A stretch of 64,000 bases of DNA, taken from positions 17,144 to 81,143 of the forward strand of contig ADNK01002159.1 in assembly GCA_000320545.1 (NCBI GenBank), written 5' to 3'. This document shows, piece after piece, positions 38,164 to 50,079 of this stretch; positions within the stretch are counted from its first letter, which is position 1, and every line of letters starts with the position of its first letter. Below the pieces are notes generated by a model. That model searched no databases and was not told the DNA's origin. It saw only the letters and a list, made by a program, of their open reading frames with translations. A program made the translations under genes and the position numbers. Origin of the DNA: Bigelowiella natans CCMP2755. Its lineage: Eukaryota; Protista; Cercozoa.

Positions 38164-38591
38164 TTTGCATCGAGTGCGACAAGAAATTGGGTTGTCGTAG
38201 GGAATAATGGTAATGGTTTTTGTCTATGCGACACGCTCAAAGGAGTTGTCGTACGAGCAAAACGCGACATCGCCCATCGATCGGCTGTTCGCCGTTCTTC
38301 TCCTCAGGCACGGAACAGCCATTTGGTATCAGCGGGGCCCTCATTCATCCCCCTCCCCCCTTGTGCGAGCTGCGATCAGCTCTGGGATCTTTTGGATTCC
38401 GGTCGTTTTTCCGGGGAAACAAGAGAATACGGGTCGAGTCTTGCATGGATCCCTGCTGAGGGGTACGGCCATGTGCAGCTGAAAACAACTGCTTGCGCAC
38501 AAAATATCAGCAATCTGAGGCATCCTTTCATTGGCCAGGGGTTCAAAACCGAAGATATATACAGCGAGTCGGAACATAAGAGACTCTGGTG

Positions 38592-40976
38592 ATGAAGCTT
38601 ATTTTTCTAACTGGCCTCCTGATTGCGATCAGCCCTGCATTTGTGAGCGGGCAGACACATAATGGAACAGATATTGACGTTGGAAGCGCCCATGTAAATC
38701 CGATGCCGTGGGGGCTGTTACTGATGATTTGCGGCCTTATCCTCGCGGCAGGCGCCGCTATCTTCTTCTTCTGCCTGAAATTCCGCGGTAAAAGCGCAGG
38801 CTACTCTCTCAGTAGCGTCAACGGAGGAGGCAGGGAGTCGGCTCGGGAGCAGGCGCTCGAGATGAAACAATTCCACCCAAGTCGTAATAACAAGGCGGCG
38901 CGCCAAGGCCTCCGCGACCAGGGAGGCTATGAACTAGGCTCGAATCAGATCGAGGATGATGAGGAGAATGAGGATGGTGAGGACGAGGTGGGGAGGTTGG
39001 GCGGCAGGAGTAATTCCCTGAGCTTGCAGGATATCGATATGGAAAGAGAAGAGACCTTCGACGACGCGCTCAATTCCGAGGAAAAGGTGGATGATGATAT
39101 TGATGTCCTGATCGATTCTGAGGGGGGGGAAACAGGACCGGCCTTCTCAGCGTGGGGAAAGGAAAATATAGCTCTGTATGGCAATTACGCGGCTCTCGGC
39201 TTGTGCGATGGTTTGATAAGCGGCACATTGCTCCCTTTCTGCTACAATAGCTGGGAAGACCAGCCCAATAACACGTGTGCAATGGCACGATCCGTCGTCA
39301 GCTTCGCCTGGGGAATCAAACTCTTCCACGCATTTGTGTCCGAGTCCTTTCGGCCGTTCGGGCTGCGAAGGAAGCCGTACATCGTCGGGGGGTGGGTCGC
39401 AGGGCTGCTCGTGCTGCTGGTCATCGCGATCTTCGCCGACTCGCTGTCGTTTTACCAGTACGTATTCTTCTGCGCCGCCTTCGATTTCTGCATCATGTTC
39501 GCGGACGTCAACGCGGACGGATACACCGTGGAGCTGTCGCGCCTCGAATCTCCGAAGCAACGGGGGCGCATCCTTGCCGACGGGCAGCTATGCCGTTTCA
39601 CCATGTCCGGGTTCGCAGGACTCGTGCAGAGCTTCCTGCTCAACGGCCCCAGCACCAACCCACCGGGAGAAGGTTTCGAATGGGGACTTACAGTCTCGCA
39701 AATGTATTGGATGCTCTTCTTCATATGCGCCCCCTCCCTTGGCGTGTCGTTCTACTTCTTTCGGGAGCGACAGCCGGGGGGGGGCGAGCATAGTGACCGC
39801 GGCCGAGCGAACGACAGCGAGCGATCGGATCGTAAAAGGGAGGATGATGAAGACGACGCGTCGTCCCCGGAAACAAGCCCGAAGAGCAGCCGTAGTTATC
39901 ACGATGAGAACGTCACCATGAGGAAGCTCTTTGGAATGGTGTGGGAGGTGATGCACAACGTCACGGTGCTGATGATCATGCTGTGGAGTATTGGGTTCCA
40001 AGTCCTCGCGTGTGCGCCGAACAAAGTGGGCACCATCATGCAGGGGAGCGTTATTCGTCTCTCGCAGCTGCAATGGGGGGTACGTCGTACACGCACGCGT
40101 ATGCAGCATAGGCATGCGACTACACACACACACACACACACACATATATTTGTGTATAAACATCTTTACTTGCGTGTGAGTGGGTGTGTGCGCCATGTGA
40201 TCTTAAATTTGCAATATGCCTTACACACCGCATGCAACAATAGCAGAAACAATTCTATTCGCCTTTCACATAGGTTGTTGTTGTTGTTGTTATTGTTGCT
40301 TACTGCCGCTGCTGCTATCGCCCAGATCGATAACATCGTGAGCTATCTCCTGTTGACTATTGGTGTCTGGATCTTCAAGAGCTACCTGCGAGACGTCAAC
40401 TGGCGCTGGACACAGCTGATGACAACGGCCCTCATCGCAGGCCTGAACATGCTATGGTTCGTGCCCATTCTCACCGATTTCCGCAACGGGTGGTTCACGC
40501 TCATGATCGACGGGACAGAGAGCCTCGCGCAGGGCTTCACCCAGGTTCTGATCTCGATGGCAGTCATCGAAATCGCGCCCGTGAATCTCGAGGCCACCAG
40601 TTACGAGCTCATCATATCTGTCAGCAACAGCTTCATCGCGCTGAGCAGCCTCGTCTGGACGCAGCTGATGAACCCCTTCGCTCTAGCGGATATAAGTGAG
40701 GAGAACGACGACAGCTCCGCCGATACCCGCATGGCGCAATACACCTTGCTTATCTCCACAGCCAATATCTTCGGGGCTTTGACGTTCATCTGGCTCTTCC
40801 CTGCCAGTAAAGAGGAGTGCGCGAAGTGGAAGCGGAAGGGTGGGCGGAGCACGGCAGCCGCGTACGGCACTGCCATCTTCACCTTCGTCTGCATCACATA
40901 CACTCTCACCTTTTCGGTGCTCAATATGATCCCCACGACTGCATGCCTAGAAATCGTTGGAGGTGATGGTTGCTAG
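38592..40976 (+). CDS. BT1/folate-biopterin transporter (MFS) with N-terminal signal peptide and extra TM; intron 40080-40325
   Basis: AWGIKLFHAFVSESFRPFGLRRKPYIVGGW, FADVNADGYTVE...RGR and IEIAPVNLEATSYELI are BT1 motifs. The low-complexity in-frame insert is bounded by GGG|GTACGT...CCCAG|ATC. Confidence 0.88.
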   Translation: MKLIFLTGLLIAISPAFVSGQTHNGTDIDVGSAHVNPMPWGLLLMICGLILAAGAAIFFFCLKFRGKSAGYSLSSVNGGGRESAREQALEMKQFHPSRNNKAARQGLRDQGGYELGSNQIEDDEENEDGEDEVGRLGGRSNSLSLQDIDMEREETFDDALNSEEKVDDDIDVLIDSEGGETGPAFSAWGKENIALYGNYAALGLCDGLISGTLLPFCYNSWEDQPNNTCAMARSVVSFAWGIKLFHAFVSESFRPFGLRRKPYIVGGWVAGLLVLLVIAIFADSLSFYQYVFFCAAFDFCIMFADVNADGYTVELSRLESPKQRGRILADGQLCRFTMSGFAGLVQSFLLNGPSTNPPGEGFEWGLTVSQMYWMLFFICAPSLGVSFYFFRERQPGGGEHSDRGRANDSERSDRKREDDEDDASSPETSPKSSRSYHDENVTMRKLFGMVWEVMHNVTVLMIMLWSIGFQVLACAPNKVGTIMQGSVIRLSQLQWGVRRTRTRMQHRHATTHTHTHTHIFVYKHLYLRVSGCVRHVILNLQYALHTACNNSRNNSIRLSHRLLLLLLLLLTAAAAIAQIDNIVSYLLLTIGVWIFKSYLRDVNWRWTQLMTTALIAGLNMLWFVPILTDFRNGWFTLMIDGTESLAQGFTQVLISMAVIEIAPVNLEATSYELIISVSNSFIALSSLVWTQLMNPFALADISEENDDSSADTRMAQYTLLISTANIFGALTFIWLFPASKEECAKWKRKGGRSTAAAYGTAIFTFVCITYTLTFSVLNMIPTTACLEIVGGDGC

Positions 40977-41529
40977 CATGTCATTCATGCGATGCTTCAG
41001 GGCCGTTATTAAAATGAGAATAACTTCGTTGCACAAACGTCTCAGGGTAGCATGCAACATGATCTTCATTTGAAATCGTGCGTAGCTAGGCAGTCTTGCA
41101 ATCACATCTCACCGTATTGTTGCTTTGTTTTTGGTTACCGATACGCAAATGACACAGCAAAAGCATTGTTGTGAACATTATTTGAAATTTCGCGCGAAAG
41201 CTACAAGCAATAGAACAACAGCCAACGATAACACATGTGTTTAACATGTGTAGACGTGTGGATGCGCCATGGTCTAGCCCGAAAGTGTTGCATGCGTTTG
41301 TACATTGCATGATCTAGCTCGTAGCACTCGTTGTGTGGACGATGGTTGCACATAATTCTTACCGATGCGAAGCTTGCTTATACAGAACGAGTATAAAAAG
41401 TTGCGACTTGTCAGCAGCACTACGGGAATGTGTGTAAACGGCGTATCGTACAGCTTGTCCCGCACAGCACAGAGCAGTGCCCACGAACACGCCAAATTCA
41501 TATAAAAAGACTTTTGGTACAATTTTTTA

Positions 41530-42287
41530 CTACTGTAATATCTTCATTCTTCTCCTAATCATTTTTAATTTGCACTTGCTAGCTTGCAGTGGTCGCTTGC
41601 TGCTGCTTTTGGGGCATTGGCCATCTCCTATTGAGCTGGCTGCTACTTGTAGAGTTCCCACCGCCGGTGTTGAGCAGACACCGCACGTGCACGGATTCCT
41701 TGTCGTACCGGCCAATATTAAGATCCAACCCTTATTACGACAAAAACGATAAGGGAAGATAGCAGTAGGTTCCTCATGACACACACGCGCGCGCGCGCGC
41801 GCACACGGTGAAGAAGAGGTGATCGGTGCGTCTACCGTCCGCAATGAGCAGAGACACCTGCTCCGCCTTGTCCTGCTTCAGAAAGCGCAGCTCCGCCTGG
41901 GAGAACGCAAACATCATTACACGCGTTCACGAGAGCATTTGTCACGCGGAAGAATAATAAAACGACGACGGGGGACCTGTGCCTTGGAAGATAGGGATTT
42001 GTGGCAGTGTACGCGGTTATCGCTTTGCCGGACTACCCTGCACACAGGCATCCCGTACTTCGGGTGACGCACCACGTGTGGTAGCTGCCTGCTCACCCAC
42101 GCGCGGATGTAGCGATTCTCGAAGCCACGGTCAAACTCCATCCAGATCGACACGTTTACCGACTCTGCGAAACAATGAGGGGGGAGGGGGGTGAGTGTTG
42201 CGCTCGGGCGGAGGGGTAAACTGCGGAAAAATCACTACAAACACGAAGATCAAACGATGACTTTCATATGCACTCTGCAGTTCATTG

Positions 42288-42335
<48 letters not shown>

Positions 42336-43512
42336 GCCCCTTTCCCCCTCTTTATCTAGTGATATCGGGGGCGTGAAACCTGGCCTGACGAGGCCTATTC
42401 TGAAGCTTTGGACAAAACTCATTATTGAGTTGCCGTCGCAAGCAGCTTGGTTGAGCTTGGACGAAATCCAGCTCTGCCACCCGTACATCTCCGACATTTT
42501 GAAAGGAGCAGACTGCCAGTGCAGTGAGTGAGTGAGTGAGTGAGTGGTAGATGTGGGGGGGGGGGGGGGGGGGGTAAGGCCCAGTATTATTCAAAACGAC
42601 ACTGAAACCGATGTTTTTGCTTTTGTCCTGCTACATGCATCTAGCGACATCGCTGTGTCTGTGCCGGCGTGGGAATATTATACGTGACGGTTTATCCCTC
42701 CCGCCCCCGCCCGCCCCCCACACCACCGTGTAAACGATCTCGATCCAGGCGTTTTCCCTCTCCGAGTAGTCGTCGTCCCTGTTCTTAACTTCCTCCTCTA
42801 GCGATCGTTGCATCTTGGACGTCTCCAGCGCGGATGTTGACGCGCAAAGCAGCTCCTTCACAATCATACTGTCCGCCCCCACCTTGTCGCGGATGCAGTT
42901 TACTAGCGGCGTGCTGAGCCCGGACACGTTCATGGACAACTGCACCTCCACGCTATAGCCCTTAAAAGATAGACGGATTTGATTTAGAATAGTTGGATTC
43001 TGGTGGGTCTCTATGGCAGGACATCTCACGGTGCACATATCACGCTGTCCCTCTCCTCTCCTCCTTCTCCTCCCCTCCCCTCCTCATGCTCGCCATACGG
43101 TGTTATTGAATGCCTTCATCAACTCCTTCCTAGTCTTTCTCCTCTTCTTTTCCTATCGAGTGAAACGTGTGTCACGTAGCATTGCAACAAGCGGAAACAA
43201 CATTGCACCGGGAGAGAACAGAGAATGGGAAGAAAAACGCCGACAGAGAGAGGGGCAGGAAAAGGAAGAGGAAAACCATCATTTTTAGCACCTTTGCAAT
43301 AGAGTGTGAAGTCGCGTCCTCAAAGCGAAGCCGTTTCAATCGCGACGCCGTTTTACGGGGTTCTTTCTTCTTTGGAGGTAATCCTAGTCGCTGTAAAACA
43401 CAATGGTAAATAACAATAAGGACAACAATTTCGGGGAGATAACGGCAGAATAGGTGACAGCAGTAGACGCATTCTACTTACCTAGAGATTCAATACGTGA
43501 TTGCTTGAGAAT

Positions 43513-43556
<44 letters not shown>

Positions 43557-44017
43557 CTCCCCCGTTCGCACGTAAGTTGTGCTTTCTTTCTTACTCGCTC
43601 ACTATATCCGCTACCTGCCTCTCCAACTCCTCCCCCCGCTCCTTCTTTCGCTGGTTTTTCTTGATCCCGTTGGCGATGAGGTACTTCCAATCATCGGGGT
43701 GGAACCGCTTCCACTTGTAGTACATGATCTGAATGGTCTCCGAGACCTTCTGCAGGGCCTTCTCGATGGTAGGCTCGGAACTGCAGTCGCTCTTATTGAG
43801 CAGCACGCTCGGCCGCTTGTTGTTCCGCATACTCCGGAGCGCCTCGGGGTGGCGGCTGGCGAAATCTGTGCAGGAGTTGAGGAGGTGTTTGCGGATCTCG
43901 GAGAGATTCATCTTCCCGGCCTTGAGACCGTCGTAGACGAAACGGACGGGCGTGCCACAGTCGCAGTTCCTGATTGCATGTATTGATGATGACCAATCGT
44001 TAAACGGCATAATGCAT

Positions 44018-44056
<39 letters not shown>

Positions 44057-44261
44057 TCTCTATACATGTCGTTGTCTTCGATATTCATACACATTATAGT
44101 ACCATTTGCAGTTCTTGAATATCTCGTCCTTTCGCTTTTGCTCTTGAGGATCCTTAGGCTCCGGTTTCCGCAAGTTTGTCGTGATACTGCTTTTATTTGA
44201 GCTGGATCTATTCTGGCCTAATGTTATGTTTACAAGCCGATATACACAAACACGGAAACAT

Positions 44262-44308
<47 letters not shown>

Positions 44309-44322
44309 ACACTCATATTATA

Positions 44323-44394
<72 letters not shown>

Positions 44395-45807
44395 ATATAT
44401 ATTATATTTGCATATACTGTTTAATAGTAGCGCAATAAACATGAAGATTTGAGCGCTGCATCTTCGCAAAAATGAAAGCCACGGTGGAATTACTCAATGC
44501 TACCGTAAGGGAGCGCAACTTGGGTTGTAGTTTGATACTGGCCCTAATAAAAGTCAGCAGAGGACGAGAAGGAAGATGAGAGGAACAGTTTAATTTCGCG
44601 GAGGAATTCAGACTGGATATATTGGAGACCACCACGCACCTTATAATTATGATCGGGATAAAATGTAGCTTGCTTCGATAACGGGGTCTGTGCTTTTACG
44701 ACTGGCTGAAGCCTTTGAACCTCCCCTCTATTATTTCTACCGCCTGAGTTTGCGTTATTTGTCGCCGAAGCTTGTACTTTGCCGGGCCCTCCCCGAGCTT
44801 GAGATCCACTATAATAATAGCCGCTGCTCCCATTAGCAACTGCCGGATTTGGGAACTCCTGACGATTTGCGACTGCGAGAAAATATTTCAGAATGAGGCG
44901 AAGCATTGACACAGGCAATAAAATTACCATTTACTACAGGTTGAGCTCCCTGTCGATGAACCGGATATTGGTGTTCACGTCTACCACCCCTGGCAGGGTT
45001 ATTATTCCTCTGTGCAGTGACTTGTGGAGCAGCAGATTGCTGTGTTTGGGTCGTGCAATGTGTCCCGCTGGTATTTCTTGTCCCCTGGAAACGAGTATTT
45101 GTGGCCTTCCTAGGAGGATTTCCTGTTGGAGGATTACCAGGAATGCTGCTACTGTGGGAAGTCCCATGTGAGACATTAGTCGATACTCTTGAGTGGATAT
45201 TCGGGGTGACAATGGGTTGACTTCGAGGCTGCTTGGGGCGAGGCTGAAGCTGAGAATTATTCTGCTTAGGTTGTGAACTTGACTTCACAATTAACCTGTC
45301 TGGTTGTTGGACGACTGGTGATGGTGGGGGAACCACTTTTGACTGCATCTGTAATGCCATCTTTTCCTTATTACCGTCGTTGTCCTCCGTCTTGAGTGAC
45401 CTTGAGTCTGAGGTCTTTAAAGTTTTTCCCCCAGAAGGAGAATCTTGCGATTTTATATTGCTATTTGCACCAGCTCCAGAGCCAGATAATTTATTATCTT
45501 GTGTCTCGAGCTTCATTGTAACTGCCTGGGGTTTGGGAGTCTGATTTGGATTCATAACCTGGTGAAAAATTTAAAAATAGGTTGTAATTACTCTCGAAAT
45601 CCAGAGATAGTATTTTGGTGTCTCGAACAGTGTCTGCTCATTGTTTCGCGCACCCATCCATTTAAATGTTACCTTTGATTCACATATTTTTTTTGAATGG
45701 CTATCGCTTGATTCCTTCTCTGTGGCAACGAAATCTCTGTTAAGGTTGGCTGGAACTTGCGGCGAAGTTACTTGAGATCTCGGTGACGCCTCTCCGGCAC
45801 TTTTCAT
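41530..45807 (-). CDS. Large hypothetical protein: disordered N-terminal half, putative C2HC zinc finger, basic NLS, folded C-terminal region (about 12 exons)
   Basis: Coding-like exons flanked by GT/AG: 45807 start, a long S/T/Q/N-rich exon at about 45558-44640, CKW|NCDCG...EIRKHLLNSC, PPKKKEPRK and HPKYGMPVCR|AELRF...|GWILILAG. No family recognised. Confidence 0.6.
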
Positions 45808-46625
45808 TGCGATGTGGCCTTACGCAATGTATGATGCAGGACGCGTTTTATGGATTTGCATTAGAATAATGTGAGTCTCCGATGGGGGTGCAACCAACAC
45901 CGGGCATCCGCCGATCGATTTAGATTTTCGTTCGTTGCACTATGTGGTAGTTTACGTCAATTCCACACCAAAAAGCGCAATATCTACTTGTCGCTTTGAA
46001 AAATACTACAGAAAGTATGTTCAGTGTTTTTCTTTCTAGAACGACATCAAGTTCTGAGAATTAGGTACGGCGACCTGCATCGCTTTTCAAGGAAAATATA
46101 GAATCCCAGGCCAAAACCAATGTCGTACATCGAAATTTCCAATAGATTCCTTAGCTTCACAAGACGCTTTGTCGGTAACGAACCGAGAAATAAAAGTCAA
46201 GATTGGAAAGGTAAAAATGCCATTGAGGCAAGTCGTACTTGAAAAAGAGGTAGGGTTAGCCGGTCGTATGTTTTGTGGTTGCTCTTTCGGGATGCTGAAA
46301 AAACTTCACCAGTGCAAAGAAGGGCGTTTTTCCTTTTTCGACCAGTTGCTGAGAAGACGCCAAAAAAAGAGAAGCCACGGGTTGTGCAGCCAGCTTGGAG
46401 GGCGGAAAAGCGGAACGGGAGGGGCATGGAGAGGGCTACGAAGCTTGTCAATTCGGAGAAAGCTACAGAAAACCTGTCGCTACGCATGACCTGAGTTTCA
46501 TCGTGGGAAAGCTTGACCACTGTGCAAATATCTCTGTCTGTGATACTATGTATGCTTTCGTCAACTCAAAGTAATGAAAAAAAATAAAAAACAATCTCCA
46601 AGTGTACAAGAGCTCGCAATGTAAT

Positions 46626-46655
46626 TAACGGAGAGGGTTGTAACGGAGAGGGTTG
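46626..46655. repeat. 15-bp tandem duplication
   Basis: taacggagagggttg x2. Confidence 0.9.
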
Positions 46656-47176
46656 TTCATCTGCTTCCATGGTATATTGATTCATACAGAGGTTATTTTG
46701 ACCAATCCTTTTTCGGTTTGAAGAAATGGTATTATTCTGGTGACTCGTCGAAGAACTGTAACTCTATAAAGTGCTGCTTGTGCATTTACCTAGCTACGTA
46801 CAGAACATACTTACGCATTTGTTTGTTGTACGTGGATCGGGCGCTACGCGCTGGGCGTATGTGTCCAGCGACACCGACAAGAAACTACTATGTGCGCTTG
46901 CTGTGTTAGAATTGTCATGCGCTGCCTAAATGCACACCAGACGTACTAACAGCACACGACTTCACATCAGATACCGCACACAAACCTCGATCATCATCAC
47001 GCACAGCGTAGCATGCATACATGTTGCGCAAATTATGAACCGAACACGCAACGAGAACATGCGAGTTACGCTTAACATTGCAAAATCAATGCACACTGTA
47101 ATTTTGGGCACACCTCTTCCCAAAGTTAGATGGAAGACATGTTCAATTCTTCTTCAATAGTTTTTCCAGGAGTGCC

Positions 47177-49354
47177 TCAATTCGAGCCATCCTTTTTTCT
47201 AAATTGTGTACACTTACTGTTGAAGCTGCCGTTTTCCCATTGTTCACTACACCCTTTTCCTAAATTCAATAAGATTGTCTTTAGTACCCTTTTCCTTACA
47301 TTATGAAATTCATCAAATTGTTCCTCATCAAAATTAGAAATTTGTAGCTTTAATTCTCCTCCACGTGGAATGTCAAGCATAGTAGAAACCCTTTTAATTT
47401 TATCCGGAAACTTATTTCTTTGATATGGCGCTTTTATGTCTTTTTGCTCCACAAACTTCACTGCTAACATCAGTGACTACTGTTGATAAAGTCACCAGTA
47501 GATGGCATTATTTACCTGTTCTGTCAGCTGAAAATGAAGGATTTTTTCGAGAAGGGCTGTGTTCAGTCTGCCATCAATCATTACAGAAGTAATTAGCGGT
47601 GCTCTCTTAAATTTGCCAGAATCGTGCGAAATGAAGAACCTGGCTTGCCTGTCTTCCTCGTCGCTCTCGCTAATATCGTTAATACTTAAAGATCCTAGTA
47701 AATATATTCCTTGAGAACATGCTTACAACTTGGTGGAATTGGTACCATCGGGAAAGTAGATTAGAGTCATTCCGAGCAAAACTCGGAGCCCATTCTCAAC
47801 AAGAAACCGAAACTGAAGTGCATATCTCAAAATGAACAATCTCCAACTCTTCATTCTATTATATGATGCTAAGATACATTTTGATCCATAAGGATAGATT
47901 CATGAAACACACACACACATACATACACTATTTTCGCCCATGCTTTACATATTTCTAATGGGGGGGCACCCTCTTAACTATCTATGTGCTATTTACTTTG
48001 CCCACTGGGAGTGCTTTCAAAACGAGGAATTCATCGGCGAGGTTCCAGAGTCCAGACCAAGCCTGAATTAATCATCGTCAAAATTGGCTTAAAATCTCAT
48101 GATATCTTACTTGCTTTCCCACGTATCTCACATGTGTATGCATACGTGCGTATGAGTACGTGTGTGTGTATGTGTTTGTGCATTGCCAGTGACCGCGATG
48201 ATTCCTAAGCCTCCCATAACGTTTCGAACCTTCCATTGCAAAGTTGTCAAAATAACAGTGTTTTTGGCAGCAACTTATCAGGTACAGGTGGCGTATCGAT
48301 GACGAGATCCGAGAACCCTAGATTCCTCTGGAGAAACGACTGTACTCTGCAAGAATTTCATAGAAAATCTTCATACTCTCTTCTAAAATATAAGATGTGG
48401 GTTTGGCATGGCAGGGGAGATAGATGCAAATGATGAGTGCCTGAGGAGTGGCGGAGCATCTGTTTCATCGCGTGCTTCAGCGATGAGCTCTCCGAGTGAA
48501 TGCAGGTCGTCGAGGCGTACGATTCCTTTTACAATATTTTTTTATATCACAATAAGTAGAACTAGAATGAAGTCTTACTTACCATCTCTATCCCTATCCA
48601 AAAGTTGCAAAGCAAGGGTTTTGGGGATGCAAGCTTCCTGTGGGAGAAACGTATGTTAAACCTGACACGCGTTAACTTACAAGGATGACCTCGAGAATTT
48701 TCTGGAAGTGCTCATTCGACTCCAACGCATCTTTTACTTCTTGCACGTCTAATTCGCCATCTCGATTCTAATAGTAATGGTACGTTTGCTTAAGCTCGAC
48801 AAAGAATCACCACCTGGCTAAAAAATCGACCTTGTCAATATCTGCGAACAAAAGTAGAAGTTCTTGCTGAATCTTCCTCTCATAATGTGCATTGCTACTT
48901 TTCGTTTCAATCTCTTGTTCTTTGTCTCCCTCCCCTTCATTTCCTTCCGCTTTGCATAACATTCCTGTATACGCTGCATTCGGAAGAACAGACATCAGGA
49001 AGCTGAAGCCTGTTGTTGCAATTGCAGTCTTGGTGAGCCATCTTCTGGTCCCATTGACGAGCGATTCGGCAAAAAATTGTCGAGGAAGGGAATTGAGGCC
49101 TTTGATTCCCGCATTTGAAAGACTAATCGATCGCAAAGATCGGAAGGAACGCCTGTAATGTCAGGGGGAAGCATGTCTGCTTGAATGTAAATTTTGTTTT
49201 TTTCATCCTCATCACCACACCTACACCACCACCATTCTCATAAGGACCATTGTTATTCTGCTTCACAGCGCGCATATAACTGCACACGCAATCATCGTCA
49301 TCATCATCATCAACAACAACATCATGACGAATCGAATCACCAGAGAGAAGACAT
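47177..49354 (-). CDS. EF-hand membrane protein with mitochondrial-type presequence; 3' end uncertain
   Basis: MSSLW|RSFRSLRSISLS presequence. EF loops DIDK|NRDGELDVQE and DRDRD|GIVRLDD. Hydrophobic segments MGGLGIIA|AWSGLWNLADEFL and LRVLLGMTLIYFPDG. The link to ORF 47177-47470 is not resolved. Confidence 0.7.
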
Positions 49355-49687
49355 CGTCGGTGTCGTTTCGGTGTATAATGATTAAAAAAGAGTAAACGAA
49401 AAGGAGTAATAATTTTCAATTATCCCATGACATAGAAAATAAATCCCCTGTATTTTTTGGTTCTGTGTGCATCTTGTAACTTGGCGTTTCCCAGATTGTA
49501 CAGGCCTGTAGTACATCTAGATCTACTTGTTGTCAAAGCAATCAATAATATCCTCGTGTCGCACCCCAGGATTCCCCTGTGTCGGGCAAAATTTCTTTCC
49601 CGTTTGGAGCTGAAATATTTCTATTTTTTGTCGGGGAAACATCGTAAATTTGTAGTAGGAAAAAGTCGATTTTTCCACAATTGTACC

Positions 49688-50040
49688 ATGCCCACGAAAG
49701 GTTGCCCCCTTCCCCCGTTTATCTCAGAGATGCGCCTTCAAGAATCCAAGCGTGCCTGTTGATCATAGAGATAAAGTATGGCTACTACGCAAGATGTACC
49801 AGGCTGAATTTTTGGTTTTGCTGCTCAGAAGCGTCTTCGCCATCCGTTGGAACCAGGAAATGGCTCGGAAACATTGAAATCGTAGCATGGTTCTTTCTTT
49901 GGTATGGCGCAAGCGTTTATTGCAACAACTCTTCGAAAGAGGTGGATAGATAGACTGTGGGAGTGCTGAATAAAATGCCACCTGTATGAAGAAGAGTCAT
50001 TACTTTTTCTCACAGGCCTTACATAACACAGCTCACGCAA

Positions 50041-50079
<39 letters not shown>

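Noticed and set aside
41690-42160. HPKYGMPVCR...CTCGVC as an ADD (ATRX/DNMT3) domain
   Set aside because: Too few cysteines, with the wrong spacing.
47568-47584. 17-nt GT-AG mini-intron that would join the EF-hand gene to ORF 47177-47470
   Set aside because: Far shorter than the other introns here; unsupported without transcripts.
47990-48060. TM motif as a mitochondrial calcium uniporter pore
   Set aside because: WNLADEF does not match the MCU WDxxEP signature.
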